The notes under the pieces: model-generated | What the model saw: only the letters and a program-made list of their open reading frames with translations | Databases searched by the model: none | What the model was told of the DNA's origin: nothing | Position numbers and translations under genes: made by a program | DNA from: an uncultured Bacteroidota bacterium | Lineage (GTDB): Bacteria > Bacteroidota > Bacteroidia > Bacteroidales > F082 | Direction of reading: 5' to 3' | Assembly (NCBI GenBank): GCA_937901015.1 | Contig: CALCGQ010000335.1 | Coordinates: 1 to 62,108 of the forward strand | Length of the DNA: 62,108 nucleotides | Shown here: positions 45,068 through 53,663 of the stretch, piece after piece | Layout: the number at the start of each line of letters is the position of its first letter | Numbering within the stretch: position 1 is the first letter of the stretch

Positions 45068-45424
45068 ATGAAATATATAGTGCTCTTTTTGCTTCTATTT
45101 GGGTTGGGAATATCCAGTGGATGTAGGTCCAAAAAGATAATCACAAAACCAGAACCTCAAAACGATGCTGATCCATCCAATGAGAATGGTACAGAGGTTG
45201 ATTATGATGAAGCTGTAAAACGTCATTTTGAAATGCAAAGTGACCGAACTAAGCGGATGATGATTAACTCTGATAAGAAAAAGACAAAGAGAAATTACGG
45301 ATTGAACAGACAATGGTATGATCAGCTATTCAACAATAGTTGTTTTAAGAATTCAGCAATGGTTAAAACAGGTCACTCATATTCAACAGTTACCAGCAGA
45401 CAGTCATGCTTTATAAAAGACTAA
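45068..45424 (+). CDS. hypothetical lipoprotein
   Basis: MKYIVLFLLLFGLGISSGC has a lipobox, followed by a K/D/E-rich polar region. I prefer ATG 45068 to the track's TTG 45032. Confidence 0.5.
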   Translation: MKYIVLFLLLFGLGISSGCRSKKIITKPEPQNDADPSNENGTEVDYDEAVKRHFEMQSDRTKRMMINSDKKKTKRNYGLNRQWYDQLFNNSCFKNSAMVKTGHSYSTVTSRQSCFIKD

Positions 45425-45426
45425 TA

Positions 45427-46044
45427 ATGAAGAGAATACTAGTAATAGTAGCAGCAATTATAATGAGCTCAACAATGTATGCACAATTGGGCAACTTACT
45501 ATATTTTAATAGTGGTGGACAGATAAGCGTACAATGGAATATGGCAAGTCCAATGGGTGATACGAAAGATTTCACATCAAATTATTCTTACTCAGGAATA
45601 AGTATTGATTATAGACATTGTTATAAACAAAACATTATTATTGGCGGTCGCACCGGGTGGAATGGATTCTATGAGAATAAGGGACTATCTAATGTTGAAA
45701 ATGGAACTACCACAACTTATAGCAGATTGGAAAATAAGATTAATGCAATTCCTATTTTATTCATTGTTGACTATATGGTACCAAGTAATAAATTTATTCC
45801 ATATGTAGGGATTGGGATTGGTGGCTATTTTATAAACTCTTCGGTTTCATCAGATATAATTGGAACTCAAAATACTAATTCATTCCATTTTGGCGTTTCA
45901 CCTGAGGTTGGGATTACGATCCCATTCATCATTAGTAATTTTGGGCTAAATTTAAGTACCAGATATAATTATGTTGTGAAGACATCAAAAACAACAAATT
46001 TTTCATGGTTTGACTTTAATATTGGCCTTTCATTTATGTATTAA
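45427..46044 (+). CDS. small outer-membrane beta-barrel protein (OmpW/porin-family-like)
   Basis: Signal peptide MKRILVIVAAIIMSSTMYA|Q is followed by about eight amphipathic strands, ending ...FDFNIGLSFMY (aromatic terminus). The start is 3 nt after the upstream stop. Confidence 0.7.
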   Translation: MKRILVIVAAIIMSSTMYAQLGNLLYFNSGGQISVQWNMASPMGDTKDFTSNYSYSGISIDYRHCYKQNIIIGGRTGWNGFYENKGLSNVENGTTTTYSRLENKINAIPILFIVDYMVPSNKFIPYVGIGIGGYFINSSVSSDIIGTQNTNSFHFGVSPEVGITIPFIISNFGLNLSTRYNYVVKTSKTTNFSWFDFNIGLSFMY

Positions 46045-46058
46045 AACCTACAGCTATA

Positions 46059-46541
46059 ATGGCTAATAGAATATTTTCTTCAATATTACTCATAGCATTT
46101 GTTTTGCTTATGGCTCCTGGTTGTGGCAAAGGAGGATCAGTAAATCCAAATATTCCCCGTGCAATAATAAATGTAACAATTGACCCAAACTCAACTATTT
46201 ATCAACAGCTAAACACTCCGGGCGGATGGTTATATCTTGAGGAACAACCCGGGATTTATATTCCCTATGATAGCAGAGGAGTTATTGTTTACAGATTGAC
46301 AATGACTGAGTTTAAAGCTTATGAAAGACAGTCTCCTGATTCAAGGTTTGCATGTTGTGACGAGCAAAATCAAAACTGCCCCAAATTAATTGTTGGCCCA
46401 AACTATCCCTTCGTAAAGGATACTTGTAACGGCAATATGTATCAGTTATTGGACGGATCCTTGTTCGATGGAGAGGGTTATTATAATTTGATTCAGTACA
46501 ATGCCCTGTATGATGGCGGATTATTGCATATCTTCAATTAA
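46059..46541 (+). CDS. hypothetical Cys-containing lipoprotein
   Basis: Lipobox LLMAPGC. The mature part has five further Cys (FACCDEQNQNCP…DTCNG). I cannot assign a family. Confidence 0.6.
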   Translation: MANRIFSSILLIAFVLLMAPGCGKGGSVNPNIPRAIINVTIDPNSTIYQQLNTPGGWLYLEEQPGIYIPYDSRGVIVYRLTMTEFKAYERQSPDSRFACCDEQNQNCPKLIVGPNYPFVKDTCNGNMYQLLDGSLFDGEGYYNLIQYNALYDGGLLHIFN

Positions 46542-46624
46542 GATCAGTCTGTAACAGTCTCTTTTCGATATTACCCTTATTAGATAAAGAACTATATGGC
46601 AACATTAACCTGCTAGGATTTTAT

Positions 46625-46632
46625 TATTTTTG
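46625..46632 (+). promoter_or_regulatory. candidate -7 box for nhaA
   Basis: TATTTTTG lies 23 nt upstream of ATG 46656. Confidence 0.45.
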
Positions 46633-46655
46633 ACTTTCCAAAAAATACTATTTCC

Positions 46656-47969
46656 ATGAAGAATAAACCCGTTTCACATTTCGCAATAAAGAGGTTCATT
46701 AATGAGCAAACCATTGGGGGAATAATTCTTATTCTTACAACTATTATTGCGCTTTATTGGTCAAACTCATCATTTCACAGCAGTTACCATAGTTTGTGGC
46801 ATGATTTTAAAGTTGGGTTTGTATGGGGTGATATAGATATGGTTGGATCACTACACCACTGGATTAATGATGGATTGATGGCAATATTCTTCTTTACAGT
46901 GGGCCTTGAGATTAAACGTGAGATAATGGGTGGGGAGTTAAATTCAATGAAAAAAGCATCACTCCCAATTTTTGCAGCCATTGGAGGAATGGTTGTACCT
47001 GCAGGTATATATGCAATTATAGCGATTAATAATCCAGAATATATTAATGGTTGGGGAATACCAATGGCCACAGATATTGCATTTGCACTTGGTCTAATGG
47101 CCATGTTTGGGAAAAGAGTCAATATTAATTTGAAAATATTTCTAACTGCATTGGCAATCGCTGATGATTTGGGAGCTGTACTTGTAATTGCTTTCTTTTA
47201 TACTGATACCATAGTAATTACGGAGTTAATAAGCGCTTCTATATTTTTGGGAGTATTAATAGCTGCAAACCTATTAGGTGTTAGAAGAACCGTTTTTTAT
47301 GCAATTGTAGGTTTTGGAGGAGTTTGGGTAGCATTTATGTTGTCGGGAGTACATGCTACAATAGCTGGTGTTCTCATTGCTTTGACAATACCAGCACGTA
47401 CAAAAATTGATGAAGTAAAGTTCATGGAAAAATTAAGCAAACTCATGAACTCCTTTAGCAAAGAACCACCAACTGAGGATAATTTACTATCAAAGAAGCA
47501 AGTAGATATAATATCGGATATTGAAGAGCTTAGTGATCAAGCCCATACCCCATTACAAAAGCTTGAGCATGCCCTTCACCCGGTAATTACATTCTTCATT
47601 CTTCCAGTTTTTGCATTAGCCAATGCTGGGGTTCATATTGATGGAAGTATTATTAACATGATAATTCATCCCATATCCATAGGAATTATTGCGGGTCTAT
47701 TGCTGGGAAAATCCATAGGTATATCCTTATTCTCAAGATTAGTTGTAAATCTGAAGTTTGCTACATTACCAGAGGGTGTTACCTGGCAACAAGTTTATGG
47801 TGTATCATTTCTCGCTGGTATTGGGTTTACCATGTCGATGTTCATATCTGAACTTGCATTTACTTCAAGTGTAGATATTGAGATTGCAAAAGTGGGTATT
47901 ATTACCGCTTCGCTGATATCCGCATTTGTTGGAATGATATGGCTTGGCATGAGTTTGCCGAAAAAATAA
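46656..47969 (+). CDS. nhaA: Na+/H+ antiporter NhaA
   Basis: 437 aa with about 12 TM helices. NhaA-type motifs include ALAIADDLGAVLVIAFFY (the DD pair) and an N-terminal IGGIILILTTIIALYWSNS. Confidence 0.9.
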   Translation: MKNKPVSHFAIKRFINEQTIGGIILILTTIIALYWSNSSFHSSYHSLWHDFKVGFVWGDIDMVGSLHHWINDGLMAIFFFTVGLEIKREIMGGELNSMKKASLPIFAAIGGMVVPAGIYAIIAINNPEYINGWGIPMATDIAFALGLMAMFGKRVNINLKIFLTALAIADDLGAVLVIAFFYTDTIVITELISASIFLGVLIAANLLGVRRTVFYAIVGFGGVWVAFMLSGVHATIAGVLIALTIPARTKIDEVKFMEKLSKLMNSFSKEPPTEDNLLSKKQVDIISDIEELSDQAHTPLQKLEHALHPVITFFILPVFALANAGVHIDGSIINMIIHPISIGIIAGLLLGKSIGISLFSRLVVNLKFATLPEGVTWQQVYGVSFLAGIGFTMSMFISELAFTSSVDIEIAKVGIITASLISAFVGMIWLGMSLPKK

Positions 47970-48127
47970 AACCTATCGCTAAGGTCTCAATTTCAAATTA
48001 CTGTATAAAATACAGTCTAATTAATACTGATTACGACGAGTTTTTTTGCTTTACAAAGTTGATCGATATAATTTCCAGCTACTCTTCCTGCTTTTATGGT
48101 TTTAGCAAGATAACCACCATATCCTTA

Positions 48128-51040
48128 TCAATGCACTTTTGCAATCTTCCTACTAATGGTTCCCGATGATGACTTTAGATTTAGTATATAGAATCCATTT
48201 GGTAGGTTGTTGCCGGCAGAATCTTTACCATTCCAATTATATGAATGCTTCCCAATTGGTAGTGCTCGAGAGATTATGGTAGAAACTCTTTTTCCTGATA
48301 AATCAAGTACCCAACAGTCAATATATTCCTCCTTTTTATTATCTATTTCAATATTAATTTCATCAACAAAAGGATTTGGATATGAACTTAAGATCTCATC
48401 TTTTTGATCTTCATACTCATTTTGCCCAACCCATATCTTAGTACCACCAGAGTAACAATAAACCTTGCCATCTCTACCTCCAACAACCATCTCCATGGTT
48501 CCATCACCAACAATATCCGGAATTGAATTTAATGCATCTATAGGTGTATTGTAATTTATTGAACTTATTTCTTCACCATCAACACCATTTAGATAATAAC
48601 AGTAATTATCTGTAAATAAGGTTCCTATTAACACATCGTTTATATCATCTCCGGTTATATCATCAATAACAGCAACATTCCAAGATTTGTCTGCCAGGGG
48701 ATGAAGCCAAATATTAGAACCGTCAAAACCGTTAATTACTATGCCATTATATTTACTGTGAGCAACAAGAATATCAGAGTATCCATCCCCATTTACATCA
48801 TTCATTTTCTCAAATCTAAGAATTAGTGAACTATTGATAACTCCCTGATATATAACACTATTATTATCAGGATTGATGTAGTAGTAATTTCCTCCAAAAT
48901 CGCCGGCAGCAATATCTTTTATACCATCACCTGTTATATCATCAAGCTGTAACAATGCCCAAACCGAAGAGCCTCCGGTTGGTCTGTCAAATCTAATTGA
49001 GCCATTTGACCCATCAATACCAATTATTCTACCCTGAGTTTCTTCATCATTTGAAGCGCCGGCAATCGCATCAGCTTGCCCATCTCCTGTAAAATCCTCT
49101 ACTCCAATTACCGAGAATACAGGACCTCCAACAGGAGTTTCCCATATTGCATCACCGCTAAGACCATCTAAACAATATACCCTTTTAGGTCCAATACCTT
49201 CATAATCATCACCAGTAGATGCAAGTACATCATTAACACCATCAGAATTATAATCGAATTTGGTGTTTACAGCATATACCCAACCACCTTGACCATACTC
49301 GCTAGTTTGGTGTTTCCATATCTCAACTCCAGTTTTACCCGAAAGAGCAATTATTGACCTATCTCCTCCTGTTGTTCCAATAATAACATCCTCATATCCA
49401 TCATTATTTATATCCTCAATGGTTGACAATCCAGGCTGATCATAAACACTACCGCTGTAGATTTCTACCTCCCACATAACATCAGCTATCCCTGATGAAT
49501 TACCATTGAAACATCTTATAAAATTATCCTCAGAACAGATTATCACATCTGCCACTGTATCTCCAGTTATATCCTGAATAGGCGCAATTGCCTTTGGACT
49601 TTGATCGTATCCGGTTGTTATTGTATAATGCCACAATGCTTCACTAACTGGCCAATTTTGTAACAATCCATCACCTGATATATTTACATAATACGGATTA
49701 TTAGAAAGATCATTATTCGAGATGGATAGTTTACCACCGTAATTAGCATCATCCTTCGGATTAAACCAGATTCCAACAAGTACTGAATCTAAGGTTGGGA
49801 TATTAATTGGGAAAGTAACCGATTCATCCACAATAAAAACCTCATCATTTGATTCTATTTCGCTTATTATCAGCATCTGATCGCCTATATTCTCAATTTC
49901 CAAAAACCATCTGGTAAACGCATTTACTCTTACATCGTTGTAATCATGCATATCATAAGGAACATTTAATGATGGCCCTGAATTAACTCCATCACCGAAT
50001 AGAGTTACATCAACTGATGGGGATATGGGATCAGTAGATTCGATTTCAACAACCACATTCATATGACCAACCTCTAAGGGTGAAAAGGTTAGGGGAATAT
50101 CCATAGAATTTCCTGGAGTGATTGTTTGAGGAGGATTGAATGTTGTGGAAACAGATGCTGATCCCGGTATTACAACTCCGGTAATTTCAAGGTCTGCAAT
50201 CCCAACATTCTCGACTTCCATCTGCCAAGTTTCCGAACTACCAATTGTTACTGGGCCATAATTATGTGTAGTTACAGGAACATTAATCTCAGGTGTACCT
50301 GGCCCGGTAAGACTAACCTTATAAATTTTACTTGGAGAAGAAATCTGCCCATCCACATACCAAATATATGTACCATCATAAACAATACCAGATGGTTTTA
50401 TGTTTTCACTTTCATAACTTTCGAGTACGCTGCCCGACTGATTGGTTTTATAGATCATATTGGCATTATAATCTACCATCCAGAGGTTATTGCCATGCAT
50501 GCAAATGTCCCAAATCTGTTCTTCTGGAGGAGTGAACTGACTCAGCACTGTTCCCGTACCAACAATATTGTATACAGTTCCTGGATCGGGATAATAGGTT
50601 CCTACCCAGAAATCACCATTATCATGGGCAATTCCACTCATGTAATGATCGGGGAGTGCAATAGTTGACAAAATATTTCCATTTAAATCCAATTCTGTAG
50701 CTTCAGCTGGCGCTGATGAAGGTGATACCTGATTGATAGCCCAAAGTGATGAACCATCCCAGGTTAGGCCAAAACAATCGCCAATTGCAGGCACTATAAA
50801 CTGTTGTTGGTATGAACCATCACTAGGATCAAATCGATAAAAATGGTCTCCATTGGAACCATAAATACCAAAGTAAAAATATGTTCCATCCCATGCCAGT
50901 CCGGAAGCTTTCCCGGGAATATCCCATGATTGCAAAATTGTCCATGAACGTGAGTTTTTTTCTTGGTTATCATATTTTTGGGAATACGAACTTTGAACAG
51001 AAAGGAAAATAAATAAGAAGGGTAGTAATAGTCTTTTCAT
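48128..51040 (-). CDS. T9SS cargo: N-terminal five-blade propeller-like region + two Ig-like (HYDIN/choice-of-anchor-type) domains + FG-GAP/PQQ-like propeller + CTD
   Basis: Signal peptide ...QSSYS|Q. Five ~44-aa blades contain GLAWDGTYFYF, GLTWDGSSLWA, GIAHDNGDFWV, ICMHGNNLWM and GIVYDGTYIWY. The Ig-like segments are YGPVTIGSSETWQMEVENVGIADLEITGV and RWFLEIENIGDQMLIISEI. Repeats of type ITGD(G/T)xxDxxxG follow. The CTD is SSYPNPFVDEINIEI...GFYILNLKSS. Confidence 0.85.
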   Translation of the reverse strand: MKRLLLPFLFIFLSVQSSYSQKYDNQEKNSRSWTILQSWDIPGKASGLAWDGTYFYFGIYGSNGDHFYRFDPSDGSYQQQFIVPAIGDCFGLTWDGSSLWAINQVSPSSAPAEATELDLNGNILSTIALPDHYMSGIAHDNGDFWVGTYYPDPGTVYNIVGTGTVLSQFTPPEEQIWDICMHGNNLWMVDYNANMIYKTNQSGSVLESYESENIKPSGIVYDGTYIWYVDGQISSPSKIYKVSLTGPGTPEINVPVTTHNYGPVTIGSSETWQMEVENVGIADLEITGVVIPGSASVSTTFNPPQTITPGNSMDIPLTFSPLEVGHMNVVVEIESTDPISPSVDVTLFGDGVNSGPSLNVPYDMHDYNDVRVNAFTRWFLEIENIGDQMLIISEIESNDEVFIVDESVTFPINIPTLDSVLVGIWFNPKDDANYGGKLSISNNDLSNNPYYVNISGDGLLQNWPVSEALWHYTITTGYDQSPKAIAPIQDITGDTVADVIICSEDNFIRCFNGNSSGIADVMWEVEIYSGSVYDQPGLSTIEDINNDGYEDVIIGTTGGDRSIIALSGKTGVEIWKHQTSEYGQGGWVYAVNTKFDYNSDGVNDVLASTGDDYEGIGPKRVYCLDGLSGDAIWETPVGGPVFSVIGVEDFTGDGQADAIAGASNDEETQGRIIGIDGSNGSIRFDRPTGGSSVWALLQLDDITGDGIKDIAAGDFGGNYYYINPDNNSVIYQGVINSSLILRFEKMNDVNGDGYSDILVAHSKYNGIVINGFDGSNIWLHPLADKSWNVAVIDDITGDDINDVLIGTLFTDNYCYYLNGVDGEEISSINYNTPIDALNSIPDIVGDGTMEMVVGGRDGKVYCYSGGTKIWVGQNEYEDQKDEILSSYPNPFVDEINIEIDNKKEEYIDCWVLDLSGKRVSTIISRALPIGKHSYNWNGKDSAGNNLPNGFYILNLKSSSGTISRKIAKVH

Positions 51041-51078
51041 ATTATTAGGATTTGAAACGTTCTAACATTCAGTTTTAG

Positions 51079-51086
51079 CAAATTTA
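51079..51086 (-). promoter_or_regulatory. candidate -7 box for the 970-aa propeller gene
   Basis: Plus-strand CAAATTTA equals sense TAAATTTG. It lies 39 nt upstream of the ATG at 51040 and downstream of the 51104-51126 terminator. Confidence 0.4.
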
Positions 51087-51103
51087 ATAATAATGAAACA
51101 AAA

Positions 51104-51126
51104 AATCCTGACTGATAGTCAGGATT
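51104..51126 (-). terminator. intrinsic terminator of the PAD-like gene
   Basis: AATCCTGACT-gat-AGTCAGGATT is a perfect 10-bp stem, followed by TTTTTT on the sense strand. Confidence 0.7.
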
Positions 51127-51194
51127 TTAGATTTAAATTGGATATCATAGAATCTGTGCCGTCATGGCTATAAATTTATAATAGGTAGAATAAT

Positions 51195-53210
51195 CTAATC
51201 TACTTTGATCAATTTTCCTGATTTTGAGACATCACCAGAGGTTAGCTTGTAGAAATATGAACCCGGTAACAAGTTATTATCTCCATCAAGATTTATGGAA
51301 ATTGTTCCATTGGTACCATTCAAATTTTTAACAACATCAAGTATTAATTTCCCTGAGATATCAAATATTTGAATAACTGCTTCATTCCCTACCTGGCTAT
51401 CAAATGTAAAATTAATTTGATTGGTAAATGGATTAGGATATACTGTTATTTGATCCTTAATACTAATATTTATACCTGTTAAGAGGTCACCATCAATTGC
51501 TATTATTTCCGTGTAAGGCTCCAACAAAGTTTGAACAAACATTGTATCAATAATTAAAGCCCCTTTGTTAGTTATGATAGGACATATAATATTAAGCTTG
51601 AGTGTATCATTTCCACCAATATCAATGGGTAGTACAGGCATCTCTTCCACACTCCAAGGGAAGGTAAATCCATATTCAGTAAGTGATGTGATTGTTACAT
51701 TATCTGAAGTTTGGTTTATGATATTCAATGGGATACCATACATCATTTCATCGTTGGTTAAAAATTTAACCGTATCAGGGTTAAAGGCTATTTCAGTTAT
51801 AGGGAAATAGATATTCCTAAATACAAATGGGTCTGGTTCACCAATATATGGTTGCATTGAGTGACGACCTGATTCATCAGCAGCATATAAATAGTATGAA
51901 ACTGTATCGCTAGGCATAACACCAGTAATAGTTCCTGTGTATGTATCACCACTCACATTTTCCATTATTGCAGATGTAAAATCACCACCGTTTATGCTGT
52001 AATATATTAATACTGAATCTGCATAAATAGTTGAACCACTATATGCAATCACATCTGCTGAGATATCATATTCAGGATGATAAGCAACAGTACCTAGTGT
52101 TGGCATATGGTCAATATAAATCATACCAATGTCAGCAATTCCTTTTGTTCTACAGTGAAGAGCATCCGTATTCTCCCAACCATTATACATAACTCCAACA
52201 ACCTCATAACCGGGCATTATTTCTTCATAGGATGCAATTGCTTCATCATCCCATTGACTTCCTGTTTGAGGAACAAAGACCTTATTATTTAAGATAAGTG
52301 AGTTTGTATATGGAGTGTTAGGATATGTACCTGGAGTAAAAACACGATGTACTTCCCAAGGTGTACCATATGAAGATGTTGATGTGGCAAAGTAGTTGGC
52401 AATATCTTCAAAATCCTGATAACGATTGTCGCTAACAGGAACCTGACCAACTAATATTTTCCCTGGACCTAAGTATTTACTCCAACAATCAATGTGTTTA
52501 ATATATTCTCCTAATGGATCTTCAGTTACATCGAACAGGTAATTACCAAGGTAATCGTTTACAAGATCTCCAATTTGCTCATGAGTTTGGGTTGGATTTT
52601 CTTCCCATACAAGGTCTGTTGATGCTGATATACCTTTACCAGTGCACATATAATTTCCGCCTGTATGGAAGAGGTCCATACCATATAAATCAATATCAAG
52701 ATATTCTGCTATTCTAATTGGAACATCGTCATCGTTTGGACGTGGTCGGTTGTAGGGAAAGTTCACTATTCCTGGTTCACCATTACCATCAAAAACAAAC
52801 CATGGTCCGTAATCCCTTGTCCAATAGCTATCTGTTTGTGCTATTAAGAAGTCGCAATTATCAAGATTAACACCTGCATTTTCATATTGCGTTGTTACTG
52901 TCTGTTGTTGTGAAGAATTTGCCACTAGTGTTAATACTGTAGTTCCTTCTGCCATTTCTTTAATTAGATCCATTGGTATTCCAAAGGGATAGCGAATAAG
53001 AACTCCTTGCATTGGATCAAACTCCGCTACATTTCTTATTTCACCTTCTGGAGGATCTGTAGTATAAAATGTTCTTGACTTTGTAACAGGGATATCCATT
53101 TCCTCAGGTGAGAGATAATGGAGTTTCTTATAATCTCGCTTATCTTGTGATTGCAGACCATTGAAAGAAATTAGGATAACCAGTGATAATAATAGTAACC
53201 TTGTTTTCAT
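51195..53210 (-). CDS. T9SS cargo: Porphyromonas-type peptidylarginine deiminase / agmatine-deiminase-family enzyme + Ig-like domains + CTD
   Basis: Signal peptide ...NGLQS|Q. Guanidino-modifying motifs are YWTRDYGPW (D133), IKHIDCW (H239, D241), YTNS (N303) and NTDALHCRTKG (C353, codon 52152-52154). The CTD is TVYPNPFTNQINFTF...SYFYKLTSGD. Confidence 0.85.
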   Translation of the reverse strand: MKTRLLLLSLVILISFNGLQSQDKRDYKKLHYLSPEEMDIPVTKSRTFYTTDPPEGEIRNVAEFDPMQGVLIRYPFGIPMDLIKEMAEGTTVLTLVANSSQQQTVTTQYENAGVNLDNCDFLIAQTDSYWTRDYGPWFVFDGNGEPGIVNFPYNRPRPNDDDVPIRIAEYLDIDLYGMDLFHTGGNYMCTGKGISASTDLVWEENPTQTHEQIGDLVNDYLGNYLFDVTEDPLGEYIKHIDCWSKYLGPGKILVGQVPVSDNRYQDFEDIANYFATSTSSYGTPWEVHRVFTPGTYPNTPYTNSLILNNKVFVPQTGSQWDDEAIASYEEIMPGYEVVGVMYNGWENTDALHCRTKGIADIGMIYIDHMPTLGTVAYHPEYDISADVIAYSGSTIYADSVLIYYSINGGDFTSAIMENVSGDTYTGTITGVMPSDTVSYYLYAADESGRHSMQPYIGEPDPFVFRNIYFPITEIAFNPDTVKFLTNDEMMYGIPLNIINQTSDNVTITSLTEYGFTFPWSVEEMPVLPIDIGGNDTLKLNIICPIITNKGALIIDTMFVQTLLEPYTEIIAIDGDLLTGINISIKDQITVYPNPFTNQINFTFDSQVGNEAVIQIFDISGKLILDVVKNLNGTNGTISINLDGDNNLLPGSYFYKLTSGDVSKSGKLIKVD

Positions 53211-53244
53211 ATGTATTGGATTTGATATTTTTTCATTAAGATGA

Positions 53245-53252
53245 CAAATGTA
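53245..53252 (-). promoter_or_regulatory. candidate -7 box for the PAD-like gene
   Basis: Plus-strand CAAATGTA equals sense TACATTTG. It lies 35 nt upstream of the ATG at 53210. Confidence 0.4.
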
Positions 53253-53400
53253 TAAAGTTAAAGGTTGTTTTGCAACTTATACAGATCTTCTTCTTATCAT
53301 AACGATAAATAGTACCATCTTGGTTATCTCCTACCAATCAGTCATATAAAAAGAAATCAAGGAAATCATAGAGAAATCTCCATGTGATATTTTATTTATT

Positions 53401-53408
53401 TACTTTTG
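53401..53408 (+). promoter_or_regulatory. candidate -7 box for tatA
   Basis: TACTTTTG lies 23 nt upstream of ATG 53432. Confidence 0.45.
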
Positions 53409-53431
53409 TACTTCAATTAAATAACAAGAAA

Positions 53432-53656
53432 ATGGGATTACTAGCAAATACAGCTCTTGTCCATTATGCCGGCTGGATTGGAACACCTGAGATAATAATT
53501 ATTGTTGTGATTATTCTGTTACTATTTGGCGGAAAAAAAATACCTGAACTTATGAGAGGCATTGGAAAAGGTGTTAAAGAGTTCAAGGATGGAATTGGCG
53601 AAGAAAACGACAATAAAAAACCGGAAGACAATAATTATAACCAAAAAGAGAAATAG
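53432..53656 (+). CDS. tatA: twin-arginine translocase subunit TatA/E
   Basis: A TM helix ([19 protein letters not shown]) is followed by the amphipathic [15 protein letters not shown]. The start at ATG 53432 is supported by a -7 box at 53401-53408, which lies inside the track's longer ORF. Confidence 0.85.
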   Translation: MGLLANTALVHYAGWIGTPEIIIIVVIILLLFGGKKIPELMRGIGKGVKEFKDGIGEENDNKKPEDNNYNQKEK

Positions 53657-53663
53657 TATCAGC

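Noticed and set aside
51195-53210. Annotating the deiminase as a cytoplasmic agmatine deiminase (putrescine pathway).
   Set aside because: It has an N-terminal signal peptide, Ig-like domains and a T9SS sorting domain, and no adjacent N-carbamoylputrescine amidase. The architecture matches the secreted PPAD type instead.
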